A stretch of DNA of 64,000 bases from Candidatus Micrarchaeota archaeon. GTDB taxonomy: Archaea > Micrarchaeota > Micrarchaeia > Burarchaeales > JAKAKT01. Below are positions 16,051 through 26,269 of this stretch, piece by piece. The notes beneath the pieces are model-generated. The model searched no databases. It had not been told where the DNA came from and saw only the letters and a program-made list of their open reading frames with translations. The DNA is taken from the NCBI GenBank assembly GCA_021813385.1, contig JAKAKT010000090.1, positions 2,867 through 66,866 of the forward strand, in the 5' to 3' direction. Position numbers and translations under genes: made by a program. Position 1 is the first letter of the stretch. Every line of letters begins with the position of its first letter.

Positions 16051-17309
16051 CATTTTCGGACTTTATTAGCCATTACGGTATTCAGGCCCCAGAGCTTTAT
16101 GAACCCAATCGCATCCTTCTGGTTGAACGTCGTGCCTTTGTCGTAGGTGGCGAGGAGCTTGTCGTAGAGCGCGTGCTCCGAGCTCCTGCCCACGACGCGC
16201 ATGCTTCCCTTGTAGAGCTTCAGCTTCACCCAGCCGTCAACGTATTCCTGAGAAGCCTCGAGGTATGCGTTCAGCGACTTCATGAGGGGCGAATACCAGA
16301 GCCCGCGGTAAACGAGGTCCCCCCACGCCTTGTCGACAAGGGGCTTGAAATCGTTCTCCTCGCGGGTCAGGACGTATTTCTCGAGGTCCTTGTGCGCGAA
16401 TATGAATGCGAGCGCTGCGGGGCACTCGTAGTTCTCGCGGGACTTCAGCCCGACTACGCGGTCCTCCATGTGGTCGATGAGCCCCACTCCATTCCTGCCG
16501 GCTACGGTGTTCATCCTCTCAACCATCTCGACCGGGTCCGTGAACTTCCCGTCCGCGCAATCGATTTCAGTTGGCACGCCTTTCTTGAAGCTTATCTTCA
16601 CGGTTTCAATCTTGTCCTGCGCCTTGTGCGGGAGAGCGACCCACTCGTAAGCGTCGTCCGGCGGCTCGGTCGCCGGGTCCTCGAGGATTCCGCACTCTAT
16701 CGAGCGGCCCCAGAGGTTTGCGTCAATCGAGTAAGGGGAATCCTTCTTCACCGGAATCAGAATGTTCTTCTGCTGGGCGTATTTTATCTCCTCGTCCCTC
16801 ATGAGGCTCCAGTCCCTCACAGGCACGATAATTTTTAGGTTCGGGTCAAGCGCCATGAATGAGACATCGAAGCGTACCTGGTCGTTTCCCTTCCCTGTCG
16901 AGCCGTGGGCAACAGCGCCGGCACCCTCCCTCTTCGCCACCTCAACGAGGTGCTTTGAGATGAGCGGGCGGGCAAGGGCGGTCGAGTTCGGGTATGCGCC
17001 CTGGTACATGCAGTTCGACTGGACCGCCTTCCACGCATAATCCGTTATGAACTCCCGCTTGGCGTCGATGAAGTGGTGCCTCGCGCCGAGCTTCTCCGCC
17101 TTCTCCTTTATCGATTTCTTGTCGACATTGCTGTATTCCTTCTGCCCGAGGTCGAGCGTGACTGCGATTACCTCGAAGCCGCAGACGTCCTGGAAGAGCT
17201 TTATCATTATCGACGTATCCACTCCTCCCGAGTAAGCGAGCACGACCTTCTTTATACCCTTGTACTGCGACAAGTCAATGTTTTTCTTTATATCTTCGAC
17301 GAGACCCAT
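16050..17309 (-). CDS. argG: argininosuccinate synthase
   Basis: AYSGGVDTS PP-loop signature. Start set at MGLVEDIKK. Confidence 0.9.
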   Translation of the reverse strand: MGLVEDIKKNIDLSQYKGIKKVVLAYSGGVDTSIMIKLFQDVCGFEVIAVTLDLGQKEYSNVDKKSIKEKAEKLGARHHFIDAKREFITDYAWKAVQSNCMYQGAYPNSTALARPLISKHLVEVAKREGAGAVAHGSTGKGNDQVRFDVSFMALDPNLKIIVPVRDWSLMRDEEIKYAQQKNILIPVKKDSPYSIDANLWGRSIECGILEDPATEPPDDAYEWVALPHKAQDKIETVKISFKKGVPTEIDCADGKFTDPVEMVERMNTVAGRNGVGLIDHMEDRVVGLKSRENYECPAALAFIFAHKDLEKYVLTREENDFKPLVDKAWGDLVYRGLWYSPLMKSLNAYLEASQEYVDGWVKLKLYKGSMRVVGRSSEHALYDKLLATYDKGTTFNQKDAIGFIKLWGLNTVMANKVRK

Positions 17310-17472
17310 AAAAACACCTCTCGCGCAGGCTAGCAATACCTAAAGAAAAAGACTCCTCTCGGTATAACCTGCACAAAACCTCCCATGGGGATTTGATGTG
17401 CGAAAGGTATTTAAGCCATTTTCGGCCAATTAATACCAAAAAGCTTAAAACGGAAATTAAATTGGTGAACCT

Positions 17473-18141
17473 ATGGCTGACAAGACCGTGGTCTCGCGCG
17501 TGTACGACGCCCTTGACGAGGACCTCTACCTGCGGAGTTCGATTAGGCTGGGGGTCGCGAATCTCTCGGCAGTCTCGGAAAAAATAAGGAAGGAGGCTGC
17601 ACCTGACGCAAGCGTAGAAGCGGTTCGCGCAGCTGTCCGGCGCTATGTGTCTGAGATGGGGGATGAGGAGACCGACGAGGGGCTGTCCCGCCTCCTGTCG
17701 AACACGGGATTCTCGCTCAAAAGCAACATCTCGGTGATTCAGGCATACCAGGACCGAAGAGTGATGCTTCGGCTCGACGAAACGCTCAAGAAGATGGGCA
17801 AGGAGTTCAACATCATCAGCTCGGGCCACGCAATAACGATAATCGCCGGCGACGACAGCGTGCAGGAAGTCATAAAGGCGATTGGGAAGGAGCACGTCAT
17901 CGGCTACAGGAGAGGGCTGCACGCGATTTACCTGAATTCCGGGAAGGAAATCAAGACCACGAAGGGATTCGTCGCTTTCGTCACCTCGCTCCTCCACAGG
18001 AAAGGGATAAACCTCATCGAGTTCTATTCGTGCTATACCGACACTGTGCTGATAGTCTCGCGGGAGGATTCTGTGAAGGCGTACGAGCTCCTCGACCATA
18101 TCATCGGGAAGAGGAAGGAGATGGCAGAAGGGGAGAAGTAG
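17473..18141 (+). CDS. ACT-domain protein (predicted amino-acid metabolism regulator)
   Basis: C-terminal ACT fold pattern (KGFVAFVTSLLHRKGINLIEFYSCYTDTVLIVSREDSVKAYELL). Divergent from argG. Confidence 0.5.
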   Translation: MADKTVVSRVYDALDEDLYLRSSIRLGVANLSAVSEKIRKEAAPDASVEAVRAAVRRYVSEMGDEETDEGLSRLLSNTGFSLKSNISVIQAYQDRRVMLRLDETLKKMGKEFNIISSGHAITIIAGDDSVQEVIKAIGKEHVIGYRRGLHAIYLNSGKEIKTTKGFVAFVTSLLHRKGINLIEFYSCYTDTVLIVSREDSVKAYELLDHIIGKRKEMAEGEK

Positions 18142-18142
18142 A

Positions 18143-19072
18143 ATGAGAATGCTTGTGACCGGGGCGGCCGGGTTCATCGGGGGCCATCTCTCAGACAAAC
18201 TGCTTAAAGAGGGGCACGAGGTCCTCGGGGTCGACAATCTCTCAGCAGGCTCCCTGGAAAACCTGCCCAAGCACAAGGAATTCGAGTTCATGAGATTTGA
18301 CATCAGGAGCAGGAAGCCGATGGGGGAAGCGTGCAGGGGAGTCGACTACATTTTCCACTTAGCAGCCGACCCATTGGTAAAGGAGAGCGCAGAAAGGCCG
18401 ATAGACAGCTTCGACATCAATGTGCATGGGACGGTGGATGTTCTCGAGGCTACTAGGAAAGCCGGGGTTAAGGGGATGCTGTTCACCTCGACATCAGCAG
18501 TTTATGGTGATGCAAAATTGTTCCCCACCCCGGAAACCCATCCAACTGTCCCGATAAGCAACTATGCGGCCTCGAAAATTGCCGCTGAAGCGTATGTTTC
18601 CTCCTACTCATCCACTTATGGTATTAGGGGGACCGTGCTTCGCTACGCAAACATCTTCGGCCCCCGCTCAGGGCACGGGGTGATGCATGACTTCTATTTC
18701 AAGCTCAAGAAGAACCCGGACGAACTCCACATGTTCGGGAACGGGAAGCAGACAAAATCGTATCTCTACATCTCGGACTGCATCGACGCGACAGTCACGG
18801 CATTCAAGAAACAGAAAGCATCCTTCGACATTTTCAACGTCGGCAGCGACAGGACATATACGGTTGATGAGATTGCCGGCTTTGTTGGAAAACATATGGG
18901 CCTTTCCCCGAAATATTCTTATGAGGGGGGCGAAAGGGGCTGGGTCGGCGATGTCACGAAGATGCGGCTCGATGTGAGGAAGCTGAAGAAACTGACCGGC
19001 TGGAAGCCGAAAGTTTCGATGAAAGAGGGAGTTAGACTTTATTTGGAGTGGCTCTCGACGCAGAAAGTGTAG
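18143..19072 (+). CDS. NAD-dependent sugar epimerase/dehydratase (GalE-like)
   Basis: N-terminal VTGAAGFIGGHL Rossmann motif; YxxxK region. Length 309 aa. Confidence 0.8.
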   Translation: MRMLVTGAAGFIGGHLSDKLLKEGHEVLGVDNLSAGSLENLPKHKEFEFMRFDIRSRKPMGEACRGVDYIFHLAADPLVKESAERPIDSFDINVHGTVDVLEATRKAGVKGMLFTSTSAVYGDAKLFPTPETHPTVPISNYAASKIAAEAYVSSYSSTYGIRGTVLRYANIFGPRSGHGVMHDFYFKLKKNPDELHMFGNGKQTKSYLYISDCIDATVTAFKKQKASFDIFNVGSDRTYTVDEIAGFVGKHMGLSPKYSYEGGERGWVGDVTKMRLDVRKLKKLTGWKPKVSMKEGVRLYLEWLSTQKV

Positions 19073-19084
19073 CTCGGGTTTCCC

Positions 19085-21802
19085 TCAGCTGCCCTTAATC
19101 TTGAATATCCTGACTGGCTGGATATTGAGCCCGCCCGGGTCGCCTTCTGGGTAGACGAGCTCGAACCCATCGATTTTTCCAAGGAAGAAGCCCCTGTAGA
19201 AATTGGAGTCATATGCCTTGCCCTTCCTGTCTGGGAGCCCGGACTGGCCGTCGTACCAGAGTTCTGGGTAGGTTGAAAGGAACCTGTCGTACGGCTTACC
19301 TTCTATGGAAACTCGGTCCATGTAGAGGGGTATCGCCCGATTTACCGTAACAACGCCCTGGCTGATATCGAAATCATTGGGCAGGTTTGATTGATTGACA
19401 TTGAACAGCACCATGACTGTTTTTCCGCCGACGTTGGATTGGCCGACGCAATAGTTCACGCCGAATGAAGAGAAGGCAAGAGGGAGGTACTGGCCGACTT
19501 GTCCTTTGATTATGCAGCGCTGGTTCAAAGCGGGCTCGGCAGGCACGTAGATATATTCGAAATCATACAGTTGGTCACAGGTGGATGTCCCTGGGCCAAC
19601 GCTCATGTTAGTCTGGTTGTTATAAACGCAGGAAAGGTATTTCAGAGCGCCCCATTTGGAAACCAGGTCTATGTCGAACAATACGTGGGTCGCGTTGAAC
19701 TTTTGCATCGTTTGCTTAAGGTCTTCCGGAGTGCCCTCCACGAACACGTCTGCCACCATCAAATCCATGGTCACATTCGAATGCTCGTTCCTAGTGACGG
19801 TCCTCCTGTTTCCGAAGAAGTTGGTCCAATGGCCGTAATCCCACCAGGACATCACCGCATCATCTTCGTGCACATTCTTGCTTATCCAATCCATTGAATC
19901 CAGCCAGTAGGCTGGGATGCGGGTGCAGTACACATAGAGGCTGAGCTGCTTGTCAATTCCTGCATTTTGCTCTGCCATAAGCTTCGAGCAGTCCCCGGGC
20001 TGGAATGTGAGCGCCGTCGGCATAACGTCAGCAAGCGGGTCGTAGAATCCTGCGAGAAGCAAACCCGCGATGAAAACCCCGTAAACGATTTTTCCAGTTT
20101 TCTTTTCCTTCTCATCGAACCCCCTAAGGAAAAGGATGTAGAGTTCCCCAAGCAAAACGGCAATTGCTATGATGAGCATAAAACCAAATTGCACGGTGTA
20201 TTTGCTCTTCTGCAATCCAACGAAAGATATCGGGAATATCATGAAGATGAAAAGCAAAGCCAGCTTGCTATTCCTCAAAGCAATTGCTAGAACAAGGACT
20301 ATGAAAGTGGCAACCAGCAGAAACGGAACATAGATGCTATTGCCCCCTATTGGGTTTGGGAGCGGTATGCCTAGGGGGATGGATATTGGATTTCCATTCT
20401 CCGACCAGAGCGACAGCTCTGACACTGCGCTTCCCAAAAGGCCAAAAGAGCGTTTCGCTTCCCCGGCGAATTCGGCCGGCGAGAGGGGGTGCTCCTCTGC
20501 GACAGTCTGCATGAGGGCGCTGTTCGGCTTTGCGAACCCAACTGCGCTCATGGCGTACTGGAAAACCACCCCCCCGATCGGGGTAACCAGCAGCAGCACA
20601 AAACCGGCTATTATCAGCAGCGCGGACATTGTGACTCGCGTGTCGAATTTTTTGGAATTGTGCTCTATGAAATAGAGTGCGGCAATTACGGCAAGAGAGG
20701 TTATGGGCAACAAAATCGTCGGAGGAATCGTAATTGAGTCCTGGCGGGGCACGTCTCTGACGACATAGGATAGGAGGACGAAAGCCAGTATGATTGCGTT
20801 TATCTCCAGTAAGGATTTCAGCGTTTCCATCTTATAGAATCTCTTAAATGACTCGAAAACAGCAAAGCCGAAGAAAATAAGGGTGACAACGGAAGTGTAT
20901 GCGGAGCCGATGTAGGTCGACATGAACGCAATACCTGCCAGCACCGCAAGGCGCTTGTCGCTCCGATTGACTGCCATGGCATAAGAGGAAAGGAAGAGGA
21001 ACGTCGAGAAAACCCCCCAGGGGGTTATCTCGGCCTCGCCAGCCACAAACTTCTCTATGAGCCTCGGGGTTATCGCCATGAACCCGGCAGCCACGACTCC
21101 GCTCAGGTGCCCGTACTCTTCCTTGACGAGCATATATGCGAAGAAGCAGATGAGGGCACCGACAACTGGCGGGTAAACATTCGCGATTGTGGAGAGCAGC
21201 AGGTTGTTATAGCTGCTTGAAATCCCGGAAAAAGCCGTGTAAGTGTTGTACCAGCCGGATTCCAAGTAGCCCGTAAGCACTATTGTGCCGTGGCCTCCTG
21301 GGCCGGGATACCAGGCGGTATTGTCGACAAGCGGAACATGGCCGACCACAAGAAGTTGCCTTGCTATGTACATGTAGAAATATGGGTCAAATTCGTAGAA
21401 CACCGGACCGATGCTCTGAACCCTGATGAAGAATGCGAGCAGCATCATCAGCAGGATAACCAGCGGGATTGAATCCCGATTGAACGAAAAAATGGGTTGC
21501 GGAACCTTCATCCTGAACCAATCGGGCTCATTCCTTGCTTCGTAGAAAAACCAGGCCATCCCGATTGCCGTGGTTATTATTATTCCAGCTATGGTCAGCG
21601 TGAAAGAATATGGGAAGCCGATTGTATTTAGGGTGTAAGTTACCACTGTAGGGACTATCAGCCCTAAGGTGAACCCGAAGCAAATGATTTCAAACAGCGA
21701 GAGCTTTGAATTCCGAAGCAGGGGCAGGGCAATCGCTACCCCAGGGATGATTATGGACAGGAATATGGGTATTGCTGCGATAATGAACTCTGAGACCCCC
21801 AA
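19085..21802 (-). CDS. aglB: archaeal oligosaccharyltransferase AglB (STT3 family)
   Basis: WWDYGHW (WWDYG) motif. ~13 TM N-terminal domain plus soluble C-terminal domain. 905 aa. Confidence 0.85.
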   Translation of the reverse strand: MGVSEFIIAAIPIFLSIIIPGVAIALPLLRNSKLSLFEIICFGFTLGLIVPTVVTYTLNTIGFPYSFTLTIAGIIITTAIGMAWFFYEARNEPDWFRMKVPQPIFSFNRDSIPLVILLMMLLAFFIRVQSIGPVFYEFDPYFYMYIARQLLVVGHVPLVDNTAWYPGPGGHGTIVLTGYLESGWYNTYTAFSGISSSYNNLLLSTIANVYPPVVGALICFFAYMLVKEEYGHLSGVVAAGFMAITPRLIEKFVAGEAEITPWGVFSTFLFLSSYAMAVNRSDKRLAVLAGIAFMSTYIGSAYTSVVTLIFFGFAVFESFKRFYKMETLKSLLEINAIILAFVLLSYVVRDVPRQDSITIPPTILLPITSLAVIAALYFIEHNSKKFDTRVTMSALLIIAGFVLLLVTPIGGVVFQYAMSAVGFAKPNSALMQTVAEEHPLSPAEFAGEAKRSFGLLGSAVSELSLWSENGNPISIPLGIPLPNPIGGNSIYVPFLLVATFIVLVLAIALRNSKLALLFIFMIFPISFVGLQKSKYTVQFGFMLIIAIAVLLGELYILFLRGFDEKEKKTGKIVYGVFIAGLLLAGFYDPLADVMPTALTFQPGDCSKLMAEQNAGIDKQLSLYVYCTRIPAYWLDSMDWISKNVHEDDAVMSWWDYGHWTNFFGNRRTVTRNEHSNVTMDLMVADVFVEGTPEDLKQTMQKFNATHVLFDIDLVSKWGALKYLSCVYNNQTNMSVGPGTSTCDQLYDFEYIYVPAEPALNQRCIIKGQVGQYLPLAFSSFGVNYCVGQSNVGGKTVMVLFNVNQSNLPNDFDISQGVVTVNRAIPLYMDRVSIEGKPYDRFLSTYPELWYDGQSGLPDRKGKAYDSNFYRGFFLGKIDGFELVYPEGDPGGLNIQPVRIFKIKGS

Positions 21803-21879
21803 GCTAAGCTACCTCCCGGAAGCTACCTCATATTCTACGGATAAATATATAAAACGATGCGGGGTTTAACAGTGTCTTC

Positions 21880-22533
21880 ATGGGAGGCGCTCGCGAGGTT
21901 GTCCAGATGGAGAACAAACGCACTGATTTCAGTTTCTCAGAACCGTTTTTAGGAGCCTATCTTGTTGAAAACGTGAAGGACTACTCGATAGATGCAAAAA
22001 CAATCGTGTTGAACCTGGGAAAGCGCGGGGTTGAAATGACTGGGGATGAGCTGAAGCCCCTGAGTTCGTCCGTTTATTCGAAAATTTCGATTGAGAAGGC
22101 GGAAAAACTAGCCTGCATAGAACTCGAAGCGGACCTAGACCTGCGCGAAACTTTCCCTTTTTCAGAAGAATTGAAGGCAAAGTGGCAGCACGTCCATGAG
22201 ATTTTTCCGCTGCCTCAGTTGAAAAAGACCAAATTGTGGAGGTCCGGAAAAGAAAGAATCCGGAATATCGAATTCAACCTGTGGTTTGCATCCGCAGGCA
22301 CAAATTGCGGTTTGCACAACAAACATGAATTCAGGGAAATTCACACGCAAGTTTATGGCCTTGGAAGGATGCAAAAATTTCTCGATAACGATATTAAATC
22401 CTTGTATAACGAAGTGTTCATGGGTCCGGGGCATACTCACGGGCCGTTCTATAACAAGAAAGGGGAATACCCTTGGCACCAATATTATGCTGATAGCGAC
22501 TGCATTTGGATGGCAGTTGAATTTTATGACTAA
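21880..22533 (+). CDS. hypothetical protein
   Basis: 217-aa ORF with coding-like composition and no recognisable motif. Confidence 0.35.
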   Translation: MGGAREVVQMENKRTDFSFSEPFLGAYLVENVKDYSIDAKTIVLNLGKRGVEMTGDELKPLSSSVYSKISIEKAEKLACIELEADLDLRETFPFSEELKAKWQHVHEIFPLPQLKKTKLWRSGKERIRNIEFNLWFASAGTNCGLHNKHEFREIHTQVYGLGRMQKFLDNDIKSLYNEVFMGPGHTHGPFYNKKGEYPWHQYYADSDCIWMAVEFYD

Positions 22534-22551
22534 CGGGTAAAGGGGTTTTGC

Positions 22552-23688
22552 ATGAACCGAATCCTTGTCTCCGGTGGTGGGCCGGCTGGATGCATTGCTG
22601 CCCGTTCTGCTGCGCTAAATGGAGGCAGGGTTTGCCTATACGAGGAGCACCGGCGGATTGGGGAACCGGTACAGTGTTCAGGGCTAATATCAAAAAAGGG
22701 CCTTGACTCAATCGGGGTCAATTATTCGGCGGCCCTGCTGAATGAGATTAGGGGGGCGGATGTACATGCTGGCGGAGCGTCGATGCGCATACTGGCAGGC
22801 GAAACGAAGGCATTCGTCCTGGACCGGGCGAATCTGGATTGCGCTTATGCTGAGGCGGCTGAGAAGGAGGGCGTGCGGATAGTTTTGGGAGAAAGGGCGC
22901 CACTTCATCCGTCTGGGGGGGAGATACTGATTGGTGCTGACGGGGTTTTTTCAAGAACTGCGGCTGCGAATGGGTTCCCTGAGCAGCGAAGGCTTGTCGT
23001 CTGCTACCAGAGAGAATTTACAAACGCAAAGCCGGCTGACAGGCGCCTTGTTTCGGTTTATCTGACTAAGCTTTCGCCTGGTTTCTTCGGGTGGGTTATC
23101 CCGATAAATGAAGAACGGGTGCGGGTGGGCCTCGGGGTTTCAAAAGGAGGGAACCCGAAAAGGCAGTTTGAGAAGTTCATAGGAAAGCTGAACGGGGTGC
23201 TCGATGGTGCAAAGCCGGATACGTCTCTTGCAGGATTCATCCCGCTATCCCCTCGAACCGAGACTGTGTCAGGGGACGTTATGCTCGTTGGGGATGCTGC
23301 TGGGCAGGTGAAGGCTCTTTCGGGCGGGGGCGTCTATTTTGGGTGTAGCTGCGCCTCAATAGCCGGGAAGGTGGCGGCTCTTCATCCGGAAAATTTATGG
23401 AGGTATGAGCAGGCGTGGAGGAGAGAATTCTCGCGCGACCTTCAGGTTCACGGGTTTTTGAGAGGCGCGCTCGATGCCATCCCGGAATTCGCCTTGGGCC
23501 TGGCAATCCGCGCAGGAGGCTTCCTTGGAGCCGACGGATTCCTCGTCAGGTACGGGGACATGGACAGGCCGAGCGAGATAGCCAGGGCATTTAGGGAGGA
23601 CTCGGCCTCGAGACTGGGGAAACGTTTTAATAACGTCGCATCAATATTTACGAGTAGTGAATTAGGTGGTGGCTCGAATGATCCCTAG
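22552..23688 (+). CDS. geranylgeranyl reductase family FAD-dependent oxidoreductase
   Basis: ILVSGGGPAGCIAARSAA dinucleotide-binding motif. Size and pattern typical of archaeal GGR. Confidence 0.75.
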   Translation: MNRILVSGGGPAGCIAARSAALNGGRVCLYEEHRRIGEPVQCSGLISKKGLDSIGVNYSAALLNEIRGADVHAGGASMRILAGETKAFVLDRANLDCAYAEAAEKEGVRIVLGERAPLHPSGGEILIGADGVFSRTAAANGFPEQRRLVVCYQREFTNAKPADRRLVSVYLTKLSPGFFGWVIPINEERVRVGLGVSKGGNPKRQFEKFIGKLNGVLDGAKPDTSLAGFIPLSPRTETVSGDVMLVGDAAGQVKALSGGGVYFGCSCASIAGKVAALHPENLWRYEQAWRREFSRDLQVHGFLRGALDAIPEFALGLAIRAGGFLGADGFLVRYGDMDRPSEIARAFREDSASRLGKRFNNVASIFTSSELGGGSNDP

Positions 23689-24370
23689 GCATGTGGCGAT
23701 AATACCTGACGGCAACAGGCGATGGGCGAAAGCGCACGGCAAGAGCCTTGTCGAGGGATACCTGGCGGGGATTGACAAGGCGAGCAAGACTCTGGGGTGG
23801 GGGAGGGACCTCGACGTAAAGGAGCTTACCTTCTGGGGCCTTTCAACTGAGAACCTTTCAAGAAATAAACTGGAGATTAGCACTCTAATGCGGCTTTTCG
23901 AACTTAAATTCAAGGAAGTCACTAGGGTTAGCGATTTCAAGGACAACGGCATTCGGTTCAGGGCTTTTGGGGACAGGGACCTGCTTCCTGCTGGCATCAG
24001 GAGGCATGTGAACACCCTGGAGGAATCCACTCGGGACCATTCCAACTATTTCGTGAACCTTCTACTTGGATACGGGGGGAGGTATGAAATAATCTCTGCA
24101 TGCAACGCCGCGATTAGCGATTATGAAGCAGGGCGGATAAAGGCTGTAGACGAGAAGAGCATCTCGCGTTATCTGCCAACAGGCGGGCTCACTGACCCTG
24201 ACCTGATAATCAGGACCTCCGGCGAGCAAAGGCTGTCCGGCTTCTTACCTTGGCATAGCGCGTATAGCGAATTCTTTTTCTCAAAGGCGCTCTGGCCCGA
24301 CTTCACGAAGGAGGAGCTGGGCAGGGCAGTCGATGATTACGGGGAGAGGAAGCGAAGGTTCGGCAGATGA
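23666..24370 (+). CDS. uppS: cis-prenyltransferase (undecaprenyl/ditrans,polycis-polyprenyl diphosphate synthase)
   Basis: HVAIIPDGNRRWA signature; RTSGEQRLSGFLPW near the C-terminus. Confidence 0.85.
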   Translation: MVARMIPRHVAIIPDGNRRWAKAHGKSLVEGYLAGIDKASKTLGWGRDLDVKELTFWGLSTENLSRNKLEISTLMRLFELKFKEVTRVSDFKDNGIRFRAFGDRDLLPAGIRRHVNTLEESTRDHSNYFVNLLLGYGGRYEIISACNAAISDYEAGRIKAVDEKSISRYLPTGGLTDPDLIIRTSGEQRLSGFLPWHSAYSEFFFSKALWPDFTKEELGRAVDDYGERKRRFGR

Positions 24371-24419
24371 AAGCATTGAGAATAATGAATAAAACCAGGG
24401 GCTCGCTCGGAATGGAAAG

Positions 24420-24773
24420 ATGAGAATAATAAACAAGACTAGGGGTTCAGCCGTAGAGGAGAACCCGATTATCGCCAACTCATTCTTCACTCGACTTCGC
24501 GGCTTGATGTTTCGGGCCAAATTTCCTAGAACGATGCTGTTTGTTTTTCCCGAGATTTCGATAAGGAGAAATTCGATTCACTCATTCTTCGTATTTTTCG
24601 AATTCGATGCCGTTTATTTGGATGAAGAAAAAAAAGTCATCGACATTTTCGAGCGAGTTAGGCCGTTTACGTTCTATATTGAGCCCAAAAAACCTTCGGC
24701 GTATCTTCTGGAGCTCGAGGCCGGGGCAGTGAAGAGATTGAAGATTGGGATTGGGGACCAGATTGAGTTTTGA
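24420..24773 (+). CDS. DUF192 family protein
   Basis: TRLRGLMFR motif of DUF192/COG1430. Size ~117 aa. Confidence 0.55.
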   Translation: MRIINKTRGSAVEENPIIANSFFTRLRGLMFRAKFPRTMLFVFPEISIRRNSIHSFFVFFEFDAVYLDEEKKVIDIFERVRPFTFYIEPKKPSAYLLELEAGAVKRLKIGIGDQIEF

Positions 24774-25184
24774 TTAGTCTATTGCTTCTGAAATTTTCAC
24801 TCTTGTTTTCTCCATTTCCCCGCTTTCATATTTCTTTTTCAGGTGCGATAGTATTATCCCATCTCCCCCGAAACGCGGGATTATGTGGAAATGGGCGTGG
24901 GGGACGAGCTGCTCGGCCGCCCTCCCGTTGTTCTGCGTGATGTTTATGCCCGGGGCGCCTGTCGCTTTTTTTACTGCGATGGCAACGTTTCTCACAACTC
25001 TCGCCAATTCCCCGATTTCTTTCTCAGGGATGTCGGCGATTGTCTCGTAATGGTTTTTCGGGATGACGAGCGTGTGGCCCTTGTTCAGGGGGCTTATGTC
25101 GAGGAAAGCGAGCGAACCCCTGTCCTCATAAACAATCGAGCTTGGGATTTCTTTCCTGACGATTTTGCAGAAGATGCAATCCAT
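24774..25184 (-). CDS. HIT family (histidine triad) hydrolase
   Basis: HAHFHIIPR histidine-triad motif. Confidence 0.8.
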   Translation of the reverse strand: MDCIFCKIVRKEIPSSIVYEDRGSLAFLDISPLNKGHTLVIPKNHYETIADIPEKEIGELARVVRNVAIAVKKATGAPGINITQNNGRAAEQLVPHAHFHIIPRFGGDGIILSHLKKKYESGEMEKTRVKISEAID

Positions 25185-25216
25185 TGATTCACCCCGAAAA
25201 CAAAACAGGCCGGTGC

Positions 25217-26164
25217 CTATTTTCCAAGACGATTTTTCTCTTTAAACCAGTCTAGGAATAGACCCATCCCCGTAGCTATAGGGACTTTTGGCGTATACCC
25301 GAGAAGTTTTCTCGCTTTACCGATGTTTGCATAAGTTGTCGCTACCTCTCCCATCTGGGTATCAATTAACTCGAGATTGGCTTTCTTTCCCAATCCCTTC
25401 TCAATCAAATCGACTAAATCCATTATGTTGACGGGGTTAGAACGGCCGAGATTGATTATCTCAAAATCCATTGGTTTCTCAAGCGCCGAAACTATTCCCT
25501 GAACTGTATCGGAGATATAGGTATAATCCCTGCTCGTGTCCTTGCCAAATATTTGAATCTTTTCCCCAAGAGAAATTTTCTTCGAAAATTTGTGAATCGC
25601 GAGGTCTGGCCTCTGCCTTGGCCCGTATACCGTGAACAAGCGGAGGCAAGTAATCGGCATCCCGTACATCTGGTTGTATGTTGAGCAATAGATTTCAGCC
25701 CCTCGCTTACTGGCAGCATAGGGGGATAGCGGAAAAATCGAGCCATCTGACTCTGAGAATGGGGCGTTAGCATTGCCATACACGCTTGAGGAGGAAGCGA
25801 AAACGAGGGGGGCGCCGGTGGATTTCATGGACTCGAGTACGTTCACAGTGCCTAGAACATTGGCCTTCAAATAACCGGATGGGTCGTTTATTGATGGCCT
25901 GATCCCTGCCTTGGCGGCAAGATGGACCACTCTTTCCGGTTTCCATCCCATTATTTTTTTCATTGCGTTAAAATTTCTGATGTCGGCCTTGCGAAATGAG
26001 AATGAATCGGAGGGGAGAAGGCCCTTCAGATTGTCCTTCTTGATTTTGACATCATACATCGGATCGAAGTTATCAATTCCAAGAATATCATGGCCGTCAT
26101 GAACGAGCCTCTCGCAAAGGTTTGACCCTATGAAACCGGCACAGCCCGTCACTAGAACGCGCAT
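25217..26164 (-). CDS. NAD-dependent sugar epimerase/dehydratase
   Basis: VTGCAGFIGSNL Rossmann motif; YAASKRGAE catalytic YxxxK. Confidence 0.8.
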   Translation of the reverse strand: MRVLVTGCAGFIGSNLCERLVHDGHDILGIDNFDPMYDVKIKKDNLKGLLPSDSFSFRKADIRNFNAMKKIMGWKPERVVHLAAKAGIRPSINDPSGYLKANVLGTVNVLESMKSTGAPLVFASSSSVYGNANAPFSESDGSIFPLSPYAASKRGAEIYCSTYNQMYGMPITCLRLFTVYGPRQRPDLAIHKFSKKISLGEKIQIFGKDTSRDYTYISDTVQGIVSALEKPMDFEIINLGRSNPVNIMDLVDLIEKGLGKKANLELIDTQMGEVATTYANIGKARKLLGYTPKVPIATGMGLFLDWFKEKNRLGK

Positions 26165-26269
26165 AAAAATCTGGTTAAGAGATGGCGCCCCATTTTAATA
26201 AATCTATCCTGATGAAAACGCCCTATGGGCACTAAAAAACAATTTGCCATATCCCCCGTATCGTGCCCC

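Noticed and set aside
15741-16838. 365-aa + strand ORF spanning the argH start, the TG-rich spacer and argG
   Set aside because: Runs antisense through argG and the low-complexity tract. The translation is low-complexity (Cys/Phe/Leu/Val runs).
17275-18303. 342-aa minus-strand ORF overlapping the ACT-domain gene and the argG upstream region
   Set aside because: Antisense to a plausible ACT-domain CDS. Translation is Pro/Arg/Leu-rich, typical of a GC-rich shadow frame.
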